Below, one piece after another: positions 8,373 to 17,837 of a DNA stretch of 32,000 bases. The stretch lies in NCBI RefSeq assembly GCF_008000775.2, contig NZ_CP042905.2:60001-92000 (forward strand). Direction: 5' to 3'. How positions within the stretch are numbered: the first letter of the stretch is position 1; each line of letters begins with the position of its first letter. Below the pieces are notes generated by a model. The model was not told where the DNA came from, did not search any database, and saw nothing but the letters and a program-made list of their open reading frames with translations. The stretch is from Promethearchaeum syntrophicum. GTDB lineage: Archaea > Asgardarchaeota > Lokiarchaeia > Sigyniarchaeales > Promethearchaeaceae. A program made the translations under genes and the position numbers.

Positions 8373-9363
8373 AAGTTTATATTGTCAAATGGTTCAAAAT
8401 CATTTATCAATGGAAGCTTCCAATAAAAAAAACTGTTTTTGTGAATCATTACATAATTGCCCAGAATGTAGATCTGAATCAATTTTTAAAGATTCCTTAA
8501 GAGGAGAATATATTTGTACAAATTGTGGATTAATTTTAGAATCAAATACAATTGATCACCGAGCAGAATGGAGAACATTTGATTCACGCGATTACGAAAA
8601 AAAATCACGTGTTGGAGCTCCTTTTACTTTGACAATACATGATAAAGGGCTTTCCACAATTATTGATTGGAGAGATAGAGATGGTTTAGGAAAAAAGTTA
8701 TCTCCTGTTAAGCGAGCTCAAGCTTATCGTTTACGGAAATGGCAAATTCGAATGCGAATTCACTCAGCTATAGATAGAAACTTATCTTTCGCTATGAGTG
8801 AGTTAGATAGATTAGCTTCACAATTAGGAATTCAAAAAACGCTGAAAGAAACATCTGCATTAATTTACAGAAAAACAATAAATAAAAATTTGATACGTGG
8901 GCGATCTATAGAAGCAATGATGGCTGCATCAATTTATGCTGCATGCAGATTAGCTCAAATTCCTAGGACTTTGGATGAATTTGCAAAAAATTCTCGAATT
9001 GAAAAAAAAGAATTAGGGAAATCATACAGATTAATTCTGCGCCAACTAAATTTAAAAATTACCTCGATAAATCCAAACCGTTTTGTCTCACGATTTGCTA
9101 ACGATCTAGAGATATCACAACAATCTCAACTTAAAGCTATTAAAATATTAAATGGTGCTCGAAGAATTGGGATAACTAGTGGTAAAGATCCATGTGGATT
9201 GGCTGCTGCATCAATTTATGTTGCAGTTTTAAGCAATGGAGAACGAAAAACACAAAAAGAAATTGCTCGAGTTGCTAATATAACTGAGGTTACGGTTAGA
9301 AATAGATATAAAGAATTAATAGGTAAATTGAATTTAAAAATTGAACCCTTAATTACTAATTAA
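8353..9363 (+). CDS. tfb: Transcription initiation factor TFB (TFIIB homologue); true start may be downstream of 8353
   Basis: Zn ribbon CPECRSE...YICTNCGLIL, B-finger region EWRTFDSRDYEKKSRVGAP, and two cyclin-like repeats (AASIYAACRLAQIPRTLDEFA; AAASIYVAVL...RKTQKEIARVANITEVTVRNRYKEL). Confidence 0.95.
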   Translation: MRSNFLQSLYCQMVQNHLSMEASNKKNCFCESLHNCPECRSESIFKDSLRGEYICTNCGLILESNTIDHRAEWRTFDSRDYEKKSRVGAPFTLTIHDKGLSTIIDWRDRDGLGKKLSPVKRAQAYRLRKWQIRMRIHSAIDRNLSFAMSELDRLASQLGIQKTLKETSALIYRKTINKNLIRGRSIEAMMAASIYAACRLAQIPRTLDEFAKNSRIEKKELGKSYRLILRQLNLKITSINPNRFVSRFANDLEISQQSQLKAIKILNGARRIGITSGKDPCGLAAASIYVAVLSNGERKTQKEIARVANITEVTVRNRYKELIGKLNLKIEPLITN

Positions 9364-9401
9364 TCTAAAAGCAAATAAAAATTCCGTTCGAATTAAAACC
9401 C

Positions 9402-9545
9402 TTAAATCGCTTTAACTTTTTTTATTACTGGTGGTCTCTTCTTATACAATATACGATGGCCACATGCAGGGCATTTTATTCCAGGTAATTGGTTTAAACT
9501 CTCTTGAGTTATTAATGTTTTACACTTTGCGCAAACATATTCCAT
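9402..9545 (-). CDS. rpoP: DNA-directed RNA polymerase subunit P (Rpb12-like), 47 aa; not in the supplied ORF track
   Basis: Manual translation: MEYVCAKCKTLITQESLNQLPGIKCPACGHRILYKKRPPVIKKVKAI*. CxxC...CPxCGxRILYKxRPPVxKxVKA is the RpoP signature. Confidence 0.93.
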   Translation of the reverse strand: MEYVCAKCKTLITQESLNQLPGIKCPACGHRILYKKRPPVIKKVKAI

Positions 9546-9597
9546 AAAATATGAAGTATACCATTTTGTTTAAATTTTTCGCTTTAAAAAAGTTGAT

Positions 9598-10056
9598 TTA
9601 ATTAATGAGCAAAACTTTTGTAAAGAAATCAGGTTCTTTAATTATTTTGCTTAGAATTTTATTATATTCAAGAGTGGCTGAGTTCTCATTTTTTTTTGGA
9701 TCATAAGGCCACTCACCTAAGATGATAAAACCATTTGATTTATGGTTTGCAATTAAAATACCTTTTTTTTTGATTTTGTCATTACTTCCTGTAAATGTTA
9801 ATAAAAGTACATAAAATTGAATTATATCTTTTTTTGAGGCATTTCCAAGAGGTAGAATCTCTTTTATATTTGCAAAAGAATATACTTTCTTCTTTCGGGC
9901 TAATTCATTATATTCCAAAAGAAACGAAGGAAAAGCATCTAAATTATTTTGTTCTTGCGTAAATTTAAAAAACGTTAAGCTAATATTTTCAGAATTTTCG
10001 TCTGATACTCCTTGAAAATACACTTTATATATAGTGTTCTGCTCTGGAACTTTCAT
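9598..10056 (-). CDS. Hypothetical protein
   Basis: 152-aa ORF located between rpoP and the SUI1 gene, same strand. Confidence 0.5.
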   Translation of the reverse strand: MKVPEQNTIYKVYFQGVSDENSENISLTFFKFTQEQNNLDAFPSFLLEYNELARKKKVYSFANIKEILPLGNASKKDIIQFYVLLLTFTGSNDKIKKKGILIANHKSNGFIILGEWPYDPKKNENSATLEYNKILSKIIKEPDFFTKVLLIN

Positions 10057-10078
10057 AAAAAAACAACTCTTAGATTTT

Positions 10079-10441
10079 TTAAATAATTTCTATATTCTCA
10101 TCAGTATATCCAAGATTTAACAAAAATTTTTTTAATTTTCGCCTATGATCTCCTTGGATTTCAATGGTATTTCCTTTAACTGTTCCACCACTAGCACAAT
10201 AGCCTTTTGCCTGCTTACAGATCTTTTTAAGATTAGCTCCTGAAAAATTCGCGAAGTTAATCACACTCATTGCACGCCCCCACTTACGTTTATCAATAAA
10301 AATAGTAATAGTTTGCTCTTCTTGTTGAAGTGATTCACAGACACAGAGTTCTATGGGCAAACTACATTTGGGGCAGATTCCGATTAATTCTTTTTTAGCC
10401 AAGTAAAATTTCTTCTCCATAATTTTATACGTTTTTGTCAA
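10079..10441 (-). CDS. Translation initiation factor SUI1/eIF1-like protein with an N-terminal CxxC...CxC zinc motif
   Basis: CPKCSLPIELCVCE then ITIFIDKRKWGRAMSVINFANFSGANLKKICKQAKGYCASGGTVKGNTIEIQGDHRRKLKKFLLNLGY, typical of the SUI1 domain. Confidence 0.9.
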   Translation of the reverse strand: MTKTYKIMEKKFYLAKKELIGICPKCSLPIELCVCESLQQEEQTITIFIDKRKWGRAMSVINFANFSGANLKKICKQAKGYCASGGTVKGNTIEIQGDHRRKLKKFLLNLGYTDENIEII

Positions 10442-10550
10442 GGGACTTTCAATTTAGGTAATTGCCAATTCCTCTTCAATATTAATTATTTAAAGTTTAA
10501 AATTTTTAAAATTAGCTATATTTTTTAAAAAATCGTAGTAATTTAGAATT

Positions 10551-11816
10551 GTGAAAAAAATAATTCGTGGATCCACAATTAAAATAAATGATCCAATTCA
10601 CGGATTCATGGTCTTACCTGATTTTATAACGGAAATTGTCGATTCAAGGGAAATTCAACGGTTAATGAGGATTAGGCAACTTTCTGGTGCATCTCATGTG
10701 TATCCAGGAGCGAATCACACTCGTTTTGAGCATAGTTTAGGTGTAGCTTATTTAGCAAAAAGATTGTCAGAAAATTTACGAGATTTACAAGGAGTTGATA
10801 TCTCTGATGATGATATTAATGATTGCGTAGTTGCTGCATTGTGTCATGATATTGGACATGGTCCATTTTCTCATAATTTTGAGAGTCTTTTAATAAAACA
10901 CAACAATAAAGATCATGAAGATTACACTGAATGGTTAATCAAAAAATCAGAAATTGGAGAAAAAATAGAAGAATTCAGTTTTGATAAAAATTATATTTCA
11001 GATATTGCGACAGGTAAAATTATCGGAAAGGCAAACGAAAAGGGATATTTACTAAGTCAGATGATTACAAGTGCAGTTAATGTGGATTCAATGGATTATT
11101 TGATGAGAGATAATTATCATTGCGGAACTGAGAAAGCAACTGTAGATATTAATCGATTATTACTCTCTATGGATGAAATTGATGGTTTTTTAGGGGTTAA
11201 TATAAAGGCTCTAATTTCATTAGAAGGATTTTTATTATCTCGTATCAGTTCTTTCCGGACGATATACTTTCATAAAACTTGTAGATCAGTTCAAATGATG
11301 TTAGAAGAAGCAATGAAAAGTGTCGTTAATGAGATTGGATTTCTAAATTATTCAACTCCCGAAGATTTTCTTAAATGGGACGATTATGTCCTATGGACAG
11401 ATTTGATAAGAAATCCGATTTCTGCTATTTGGATGGAAAAAATTCAAAAAAGGGAATTACTAAAATCTTGTTTCGAATCCCAAATTCAAATATCAAATGA
11501 AAATATTGATGTTAGTGAGTTAAGGGAGAAAATATCTAGAAAAACGGGAATAAATGCTGCTGATATCTTTATTGATTTACCCAGTAGTCCAAATGTTCCA
11601 TATTCGCACACAGATCAAACACGACCGAATGAAATATATACATTTGAAAGGTTAGCAAATGGTAAAAAACAACCAGTACACCTAGAGGATCATTCAATTT
11701 TCTTCAATAATTTTAAAGGTTCTTTAAAAATTCTCAGAATATACACATGGCCGAAAAATCGGAAAAAAGTAGCTGATATTGCAAGTAGTCTATACGATAC
11801 GATATTGAAATACTAA
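10551..11816 (+). CDS. HD-domain phosphohydrolase (COG1078 / SAMHD1-like)
   Basis: INDPIHGFMVLPDFITEIVDSREIQRLMRIRQLSGASHVYPGANHTRFEHSLGV...ALCHDIGHGPFSHNFE...SSVNVDSMDYLMRD-type HD signature. Confidence 0.88.
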   Translation: MKKIIRGSTIKINDPIHGFMVLPDFITEIVDSREIQRLMRIRQLSGASHVYPGANHTRFEHSLGVAYLAKRLSENLRDLQGVDISDDDINDCVVAALCHDIGHGPFSHNFESLLIKHNNKDHEDYTEWLIKKSEIGEKIEEFSFDKNYISDIATGKIIGKANEKGYLLSQMITSAVNVDSMDYLMRDNYHCGTEKATVDINRLLLSMDEIDGFLGVNIKALISLEGFLLSRISSFRTIYFHKTCRSVQMMLEEAMKSVVNEIGFLNYSTPEDFLKWDDYVLWTDLIRNPISAIWMEKIQKRELLKSCFESQIQISNENIDVSELREKISRKTGINAADIFIDLPSSPNVPYSHTDQTRPNEIYTFERLANGKKQPVHLEDHSIFFNNFKGSLKILRIYTWPKNRKKVADIASSLYDTILKY

Positions 11817-11849
11817 AATTTTTTACTTTTCGAAGTTTTCTTTGAGTGA

Positions 11850-14003
11850 ATGTCAATGAATAAACTTGCTCCTCAAGGATTAAAAAAAAAAAAAAGAGGA
11901 ATGAAAGTACCCTATTTAGGAAGAATTAGCTTATTTTGGTGTGATGATTGTAATGTCCCCCTATTAGATGACAATCATTGCGATATTTGTAAGAAAAAAG
12001 GTCATAAACTACCTGTTTCTCCACCAGGAGATATTAGACCAGCCTTTGCAGATGATTATATAACATTATGGAAGTGCGTTGATAAGCAATATGGAGAAGG
12101 TGTGGGAGAAACACTTCTTCCTACTTCCAAAATAGTACTCATTAGTAGAATTGGAGGTCTGGATAGAACCGAAGAGGTTATTGTGGATGGAAAAATTTTA
12201 GGAATACTCCAATTTAATATTCTACTAAATGATTTTGAATTCTTACCTAAATTGGAGGGTGGAATCCTTATCTACAAAATTCAAGAAGCGCTCACACTAT
12301 CTCCGAAAAAACATATAAATCTGAATAACGATGGAATTCCCTTTGTATTAAATGGCAAATCTATTTTAGTTCCAGGGGTAGAGAGTTTTTCAGAGGATAT
12401 TAATAAAGGTGATCATTGTTTAATTATCGCTAAAGATAATCAATCAGGAAAATCTCAATGTATTGCAATCGGTTTAGCACGGGATAGCTCTAGTAATTTT
12501 CATGAAATGTTTAAAAATAAATACGGTGAATTGGCAAAAAATAAGACTTATATCAAACAACCCCCCATAATCGAGATCAAACATATAGAAATTGACATAA
12601 ATCAGAAAAAATATAATTCTGATGATGATTTTGAGCAAATTAATAAGTCGATTTTAATAAGTTTAAAAAACGCGTATAAAGCAAATTATCAATATTTACA
12701 AAGAAGAATAAAAAAGTCATTAAAATTCATCAGAAAAACTATAGCAGACATTAAAAAACCCGTTGCAGTGGCATATTCTGGAGGAAAAGATAGTCTAGGA
12801 GTTTTACTATTAGTTTGGAAAGTTTTGGGTCCAAATTTTAAAATATTTTTTGCTGATACAGGATTGGAACTCCCCGAAGTTTTAGATAATGTTCAACAGA
12901 TTGCCAAAGATCTTAAAATGGAATCAAATTTAATTATTGAAAGTGCTAATGATATTTTTTGGAAATTAATTGAATCATTTGGACCTCCGGGACGAGATTA
13001 CAGATTCTGTTGCCATTCTTTAAAAGCCCAAAACATCATGAAAATAATAAATACCATCTATGATGGCGAAAAGGTACTTGTTTTTCTTGGAGCTCGACAA
13101 TATGAATCATTAAATAGGATGAGATCGAAACTCGTTTATGTTAATTCGTTTATACCACTTCAAATCGCAGCAACCCCAATTAAATCTTGGAATGCTCTAA
13201 CTTTATGGTTGTACATTCTATTTGAACCAGTGAAAGATTTTGAAAGCGAGAATTTATTGGAAGTATCTATAACACCACTTTATTATGAGGGTCATGAACG
13301 TCTTGGTTGCTATTTATGCCCGGCAAGTAATCTTTCAAATTTCAAATTACTTAAAACTTCACATCCCAAATTATATGAACGATGGTTTTCCTTTCTGGAT
13401 ACATACGCTCAGAAACACAATTTACCAAAAGAATGGGTTCAATATGGACTATGGCGTTTTAAACAATATACTCCACAATGGAAGAATTTTGCAGATTCAT
13501 TAAATTTATCAATTGATTATAATTCCCCAGATTCATCTGCACCGCTAAGTTTGAATATTGCAAAAGGATTTTCTCAAAATATTGATGCAGATTTTTCAAT
13601 CAAAGGAAAATTTTCGCACACGCTTAAAATAGACGATTTTCTAAGGTTTTTACCTGCGTTAACTAATGATTTCCACTGGGATGAGTTCAATGGAATAATT
13701 GAAATTAATTCTAAATTTAAAAACATACCTTACGCACTAAAAATATTCATTGATGGTTCGTTTAATCTTAATAGTAAAGAAAAAGAGTTTGATTTTTATA
13801 AATTGACTGAATTATTAACGGGAACGGTTTCGCGATCTCTATATTGCAACAGTTGTAAAACTTGTATCAATGTCTGCACGCAAAATGCCATCAGATTAGA
13901 AATGGGAAAAATTCTCATAGATAATGATAAGTGCATTAACTGTTATGATTGTATCACCCATTGTCCCTTTTTTCAACTGGCAAAAAAAGCATTAAAAACG
14001 TGA
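11850..14003 (+). CDS. Multidomain protein: N-terminal Zn ribbon, PUA-like domain, PAPS-reductase/ATP-pyrophosphatase-type domain, C-terminal 2x[4Fe-4S] ferredoxin domain
   Basis: CDDCNVPLLDDNHCDIC; VPGVESFSEDINKGDHCLII (PUA-like); VAVAYSGGKDSLGVLLLV P-loop (SGGKDS), CCHSLKAQ, GCYLCPAS; CNSCKTCINVC and CINCYDCITHCP. Confidence 0.82.
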   Translation: MSMNKLAPQGLKKKKRGMKVPYLGRISLFWCDDCNVPLLDDNHCDICKKKGHKLPVSPPGDIRPAFADDYITLWKCVDKQYGEGVGETLLPTSKIVLISRIGGLDRTEEVIVDGKILGILQFNILLNDFEFLPKLEGGILIYKIQEALTLSPKKHINLNNDGIPFVLNGKSILVPGVESFSEDINKGDHCLIIAKDNQSGKSQCIAIGLARDSSSNFHEMFKNKYGELAKNKTYIKQPPIIEIKHIEIDINQKKYNSDDDFEQINKSILISLKNAYKANYQYLQRRIKKSLKFIRKTIADIKKPVAVAYSGGKDSLGVLLLVWKVLGPNFKIFFADTGLELPEVLDNVQQIAKDLKMESNLIIESANDIFWKLIESFGPPGRDYRFCCHSLKAQNIMKIINTIYDGEKVLVFLGARQYESLNRMRSKLVYVNSFIPLQIAATPIKSWNALTLWLYILFEPVKDFESENLLEVSITPLYYEGHERLGCYLCPASNLSNFKLLKTSHPKLYERWFSFLDTYAQKHNLPKEWVQYGLWRFKQYTPQWKNFADSLNLSIDYNSPDSSAPLSLNIAKGFSQNIDADFSIKGKFSHTLKIDDFLRFLPALTNDFHWDEFNGIIEINSKFKNIPYALKIFIDGSFNLNSKEKEFDFYKLTELLTGTVSRSLYCNSCKTCINVCTQNAIRLEMGKILIDNDKCINCYDCITHCPFFQLAKKALKT

Positions 14004-14160
14004 ATATTTAGAAATCAATTTTTTTTCACATAATCGAAGCAGAAAAATCTCTATTTCTCTCTAAAAGGAACAAGAAAAAAAAATAATATAGGGAGCAAAC
14101 GTTTTATTTTAGTGTACCGAAAAAAATAATCTTATTATAACGGAAATGTGAGAACTTAAA

Positions 14161-14688
14161 TTGTCAACTAACTGGATATTCAAAACAATCGTTGCCGGTG
14201 CCGGCGGTGTAGGGAAGACTGCCTTAATTGAACGATATGTCTCAGGTGCTTTTCTAGAAGACCACAAGATGACGATAGGGGCAGCTTTTTCTGTTAAAGA
14301 TGTAAAATTAGATACTGGAGAAAATGTGCGCATGCAACTCTGGGACTTTGCAGGAGAAGAAAGATTTCGGTTTTTACTCGGAGATTATTGTAAAGGGGCT
14401 TCCGGTGCTTTTATTTGTTTCGATATAACGGATTATTCAACATTTGAACAAATACCTGAATGGTTAAGGATTATTCGTCAAAATGCGGGTATGATTCCTA
14501 TTATATTAGTAGGAAATAAATATGATTTGGATAACCATGAATTAGAATTAGCCACAGCAGATGAATACGCTGAAAGTGCCAAATGTTTGATGAATGTGTT
14601 TTGTTCTGCAAAGTTGGACTTAAATGTAGAACCTATGTTTGCTGCAATGGCAAAATGGTTAATATATTATGCAAATTTAGCGGATTAA
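14161..14688 (+). CDS. Eukaryote-like Ras/Rab-type small GTPase
   Basis: G1 GAGGVGKTAL, switch ...MTIGAAFSVK, G3 WDFAGEERFRFL, G4 NKYD, G5 CSAKLD; TTG start; no C-terminal prenylation Cys box. Confidence 0.92.
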   Translation: MSTNWIFKTIVAGAGGVGKTALIERYVSGAFLEDHKMTIGAAFSVKDVKLDTGENVRMQLWDFAGEERFRFLLGDYCKGASGAFICFDITDYSTFEQIPEWLRIIRQNAGMIPIILVGNKYDLDNHELELATADEYAESAKCLMNVFCSAKLDLNVEPMFAAMAKWLIYYANLAD

Positions 14689-14700
14689 ATGATTTTTTAT

Positions 14701-15087
14701 TTAACTTGATTTTTCTATATCTTTGATTGCATTTTTTACAGCTTCTAACGCTAATTTCATAAGAATTTCTTGTTTTAATTCCTTCTCTTTTATAAAAACC
14801 ATCGAAATAACAGGAGATTTAAGCATTTTACTTGAAGTTTTTCCAATCATATTTGAGAGGAGAGGATTTCTTAGACCAAACAAATTAAAAGGTGAACTGG
14901 ATGCTTGACCAATTCCTGTTGGAGGTCCACTCAAAGTTACATTTCCGATACCAAATTCCTTTTGATCTGTTACTAATAACAAATAACTTTTATGTAAAGA
15001 AATGAATGATGCATATACGTAAAATTCACCATAATTGGCTTGTCCTTCTCCACAAACGTTTACTGCTGGCATATAATTTACCTTCAT
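14701..15087 (-). CDS. Hypothetical protein, convergent with the GTPase; weak resemblance to proteasome-assembly chaperone PAC3/4-like fold
   Basis: 128 aa; pattern SYLLLVTDQ...GNVTLSGPP...NPLLSNMIGKTSSKMLKSPVISMVFI...LALEAVKNAI. Resemblance only by order of elements. Confidence 0.45.
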   Translation of the reverse strand: MKVNYMPAVNVCGEGQANYGEFYVYASFISLHKSYLLLVTDQKEFGIGNVTLSGPPTGIGQASSSPFNLFGLRNPLLSNMIGKTSSKMLKSPVISMVFIKEKELKQEILMKLALEAVKNAIKDIEKSS

Positions 15088-15225
15088 ATAATTTGATTTA
15101 ATTGGATTTTATTTCCAATATTTGAGGTCATTATTTGAATGATAAATTTAAAGCTTAATTGTTTTTCGAAATTGAATTCAAAGCATGAGCGAAATTTCAA
15201 ATAAGATCCTAGTTTTACTTCCTCA

Positions 15226-15477
15226 ATGCCCGAAATAAAAGGTAAAACTTGGAAAGATTCATTAAAAACTAGAAAATATGAAGAACATAAACATTGTATA
15301 GTATGCGGTAAAGCAGTTCCAACAACCCAAGATTTTTGTAGCCAAGAATGTAAAGATAGTTATAAAAAAGCAGATAAAGATAAAGGTAAGAAAAATACTA
15401 TTCAAATTGTTGTTATGGTTGTATTAGTTATTGTAATGATTTTTGTTGTTCCAAGATTAATGACCCCTACTGGCTAA
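15226..15477 (+). CDS. DUF2116-like zinc-ribbon protein with a C-terminal transmembrane helix
   Basis: HCIVCGKAVPTTQDFCSQECKDSY then IQIVVMVVLVIVMIFVVPRLM. Confidence 0.8.
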   Translation: MPEIKGKTWKDSLKTRKYEEHKHCIVCGKAVPTTQDFCSQECKDSYKKADKDKGKKNTIQIVVMVVLVIVMIFVVPRLMTPTG

Positions 15478-15502
15478 ATAACAAAAGCTTAATTGATCTG
15501 AA

Positions 15503-15844
15503 ATGGATTCAGTTAAAAAGAAGACTAAAAACTATTATTTAACACGAATTTTTGGTAATTCAGTGAATGTTAAAATTATTGAAATCCTCCTAAAAAATGC
15601 CATTTCAGAGCAAAAATTGGGGAAAATTCTTTGGTACAACTATTCAAATATAGCAGATCAAGCGAAAGTTTCGAAAAGTAGTGGAAAAAGGATCTTAGAT
15701 GATTTAATTGAGCAGGGTTTTGTTGAAGAAAAAAAAATTGAAACGCATGCCCAATTTCCACCAAGGTTAGTGCGATTGCAAAGTTATCATCCTGCAATTA
15801 ATGAATTGCTATTTTTTTATAAAAAAGCGCGCGGATTTTTATAG
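15503..15844 (+). CDS. Small winged-helix (HTH) transcriptional regulator
   Basis: NVKIIEILLKNAISEQ...NYSNIADQAKVSKSSGKRILDDLIEQGFVEEKKI fits a wHTH pattern. Confidence 0.75.
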   Translation: MDSVKKKTKNYYLTRIFGNSVNVKIIEILLKNAISEQKLGKILWYNYSNIADQAKVSKSSGKRILDDLIEQGFVEEKKIETHAQFPPRLVRLQSYHPAINELLFFYKKARGFL

Positions 15845-15892
15845 AGAGATTATTATTTCTTTTTCCTTGAGATTTTGCTATAATATAATAAA

Positions 15893-16025
15893 TGCAGGGA
15901 GTGCGATTCGAACGCACGTATCCCTGTGGAACCGGATCTTGAGTCCGGCGCCGTTAGTCCTCCGAAAAGAAATAAGCGCCTATAATGGTTCTTTTTAGGG
16001 GTTGACCAGGCTTGGCTATCCCTGC
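15893..16025 (-). tRNA. tRNA-Leu (anticodon CAA) interrupted by a 48-nt intron in the D-loop (intron 15954..16001)
   Basis: Minus strand exon 1 GCAGGGATAGCCAAGCCTGGTCAA, exon 2 CGGCGCCGGACTCAAGATCCGGTTCCACAGGGATACGTGCGTTCGAATCGCACTCCCTGCA. Acceptor GCAGGGA/TCCCTGC, D stem GCC/GGC, anticodon stem CCGGA/TCCGG with loop CTCAAGA, T arm GTGCG-TTCGAAT-CGCAC. 85 nt when spliced; CCA not encoded. Confidence 0.9.
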
Positions 16026-16084
16026 ATAATAAAAATGAAATTAATATTCAAAAAAAAGTTCGATTATTTTTAGGTTTTGCGGAT

Positions 16085-16801
16085 TTAATGATTTCGTAAA
16101 ATTTTCGTTCCTATATTACTTTTAAAGGCTTTTTCAACCAATAATTTACGTAAAGTGTCAAAATCTTCTCCATTACTTAAACGAACTTGAATATGACTTC
16201 GCTTCAAAATTTGAAGTGACACTGCGTCAAAAATTCTGTATTCTCCAGCTGCTGATTGTGAATTCCCGGTTTCACCGTAAATCACCTTTTCTAAATCGAT
16301 AATTGAGATTTCATCAAATTTTTTGGCTTTTGGATTTTTATGGGGATCCTTATCGTAAATGCCGTCAACATCTGTTAGAATAATCACATCAGTCGCGTGT
16401 AAAGATTCTGCAATTTCAAAAGTTACAGATGTTGTGCTTTGGCCCGGAATAAAACCTCCCGCTACTAAAATTCGATCCCATAGAGAAAATGCTCTCACTT
16501 CTTTAAGGGAAGTAATAGGATCTGGGTAAGCTTGATCTTTTAGAGCGGTAATCAATAGTCGCGCATTAAGTCGGGAAACTTCAATTCCAAATGTATCACA
16601 AAGAGATTCATCAGCACCAAGAAGTCTAGCGGATTTAATGAAATTTCGAGCCAATTTTCCTCCACCAATAATAATTGCCGCGATATCTTCTGAATCCTTA
16701 ATAATTTCTGCAAATTGAACTATCTTTTCATGTAAGATATTATAATCATTATCGAAAAGGAGAGACCCTCCAATTTTTAAAACCATCTTTTTTTTTGACA
16801 T
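16085..16801 (-). CDS. pyrH: Uridylate kinase, archaeal type (amino acid kinase superfamily)
   Basis: KKMVLKIGGSLLF, IIIGGGKLARNFIKSAR, AESLHATDVIILTDVDGIYDKDPHKNPKAKKFDEI. Isopentenyl phosphate kinase or other family members are less likely. Confidence 0.78.
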   Translation of the reverse strand: MSKKKMVLKIGGSLLFDNDYNILHEKIVQFAEIIKDSEDIAAIIIGGGKLARNFIKSARLLGADESLCDTFGIEVSRLNARLLITALKDQAYPDPITSLKEVRAFSLWDRILVAGGFIPGQSTTSVTFEIAESLHATDVIILTDVDGIYDKDPHKNPKAKKFDEISIIDLEKVIYGETGNSQSAAGEYRIFDAVSLQILKRSHIQVRLSNGEDFDTLRKLLVEKAFKSNIGTKILRNH

Positions 16802-16851
16802 AATTTTTTCCTCAGAATTAATTATTATTTATTCCTATTATTTTTAACAGC

Positions 16852-17820
16852 ATGGGAAATTTACACGAAGTTGAAGTCTGGGTTCCTCACAGAATTTCAG
16901 GGTTTTTCCAAATGATGAATCCAAAAGAGAAAGTCCCACAAAGTGATATTTCAAAAATTGGTTCTAGAGGAGGAGGACCTGCTTTAACTGCTTTTGGAAA
17001 GACGAAAATAACTATATTGCCTACAGATGAAGAAATTGGGGAGGATCTAATAAACAAATTTAAAGTATTTTTAAATGGAAAAGAAAACACCTCAAAAGCA
17101 AAAACTTCCTGTAGTGTTGTTAATCGTATGGCACATTTATTACCAAAAAATGCTAATTTCTTAATAGAACACCACTTTGATCTTCCATTAGGAGCAGGTT
17201 TTGGATCCAGTGGAGCAGGTGCGTTGGGAATAGCCTATGGGTTGAATGACCTTTTTAAAATAGGTTTAACACCTTTAGAAGCTGCAAAATATGCACATAT
17301 TGCTGAAGTGGAGAATAAAACAGGATTAGGAACTGTTGGAGGTCAATTTGTTGGAGGTCTAACTATTATGATCGAACCCGGATATCCTTTCCAATATAAA
17401 AAAATACCAATTCCAGAAAATATTGAAATTATAATAGGATCTTGGGGATCAATAAATACTAAGAGTATTTTAACAAATCCAAACTATAAACAGCTCATTC
17501 ATCAAGTGGGAAAAGAAGCTATTAAAAAAATGAATGAACAATTTTCCCTTGCAAATTATATGAAAGTATGTAAATTTTTTCTAGAAAAAACAGAATTATT
17601 AGAGCGATTAGAATTACCGATTTTAAAAAACCTTATTGAATCTTTGGAAAAATTACCAATAATTGGCGCAAGTATGACCCAATTAGGTAAATCTGTTTTC
17701 TGTGTATGTGATAAACAAATTTCACCGCAAGTTGTTAAGGTTTTTAATCAATATAATCCACTATCGGGCACTAAAATTGTAAAAATTTGCAATTACGGTC
17801 CTAAAATTAAAAAAAAATAA
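16852..17820 (+). CDS. Pantoate kinase (GHMP kinase family)
   Basis: VPHRISGFFQM...GSRGGGPAL and the GHMP ATP motif LPLGAGFGSSGAGALGIAYGLN, typical of COG1829 pantoate kinase. Confidence 0.88.
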   Translation: MGNLHEVEVWVPHRISGFFQMMNPKEKVPQSDISKIGSRGGGPALTAFGKTKITILPTDEEIGEDLINKFKVFLNGKENTSKAKTSCSVVNRMAHLLPKNANFLIEHHFDLPLGAGFGSSGAGALGIAYGLNDLFKIGLTPLEAAKYAHIAEVENKTGLGTVGGQFVGGLTIMIEPGYPFQYKKIPIPENIEIIIGSWGSINTKSILTNPNYKQLIHQVGKEAIKKMNEQFSLANYMKVCKFFLEKTELLERLELPILKNLIESLEKLPIIGASMTQLGKSVFCVCDKQISPQVVKVFNQYNPLSGTKIVKICNYGPKIKKK

Positions 17821-17837
17821 ATAATTTTGAAAATTTA

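Noticed and set aside
15801-15998. 65-aa ORF overlapping the wHTH gene end and the tRNA
   Set aside because: Reads through the tRNA-Leu gene antisense; no protein-like features.
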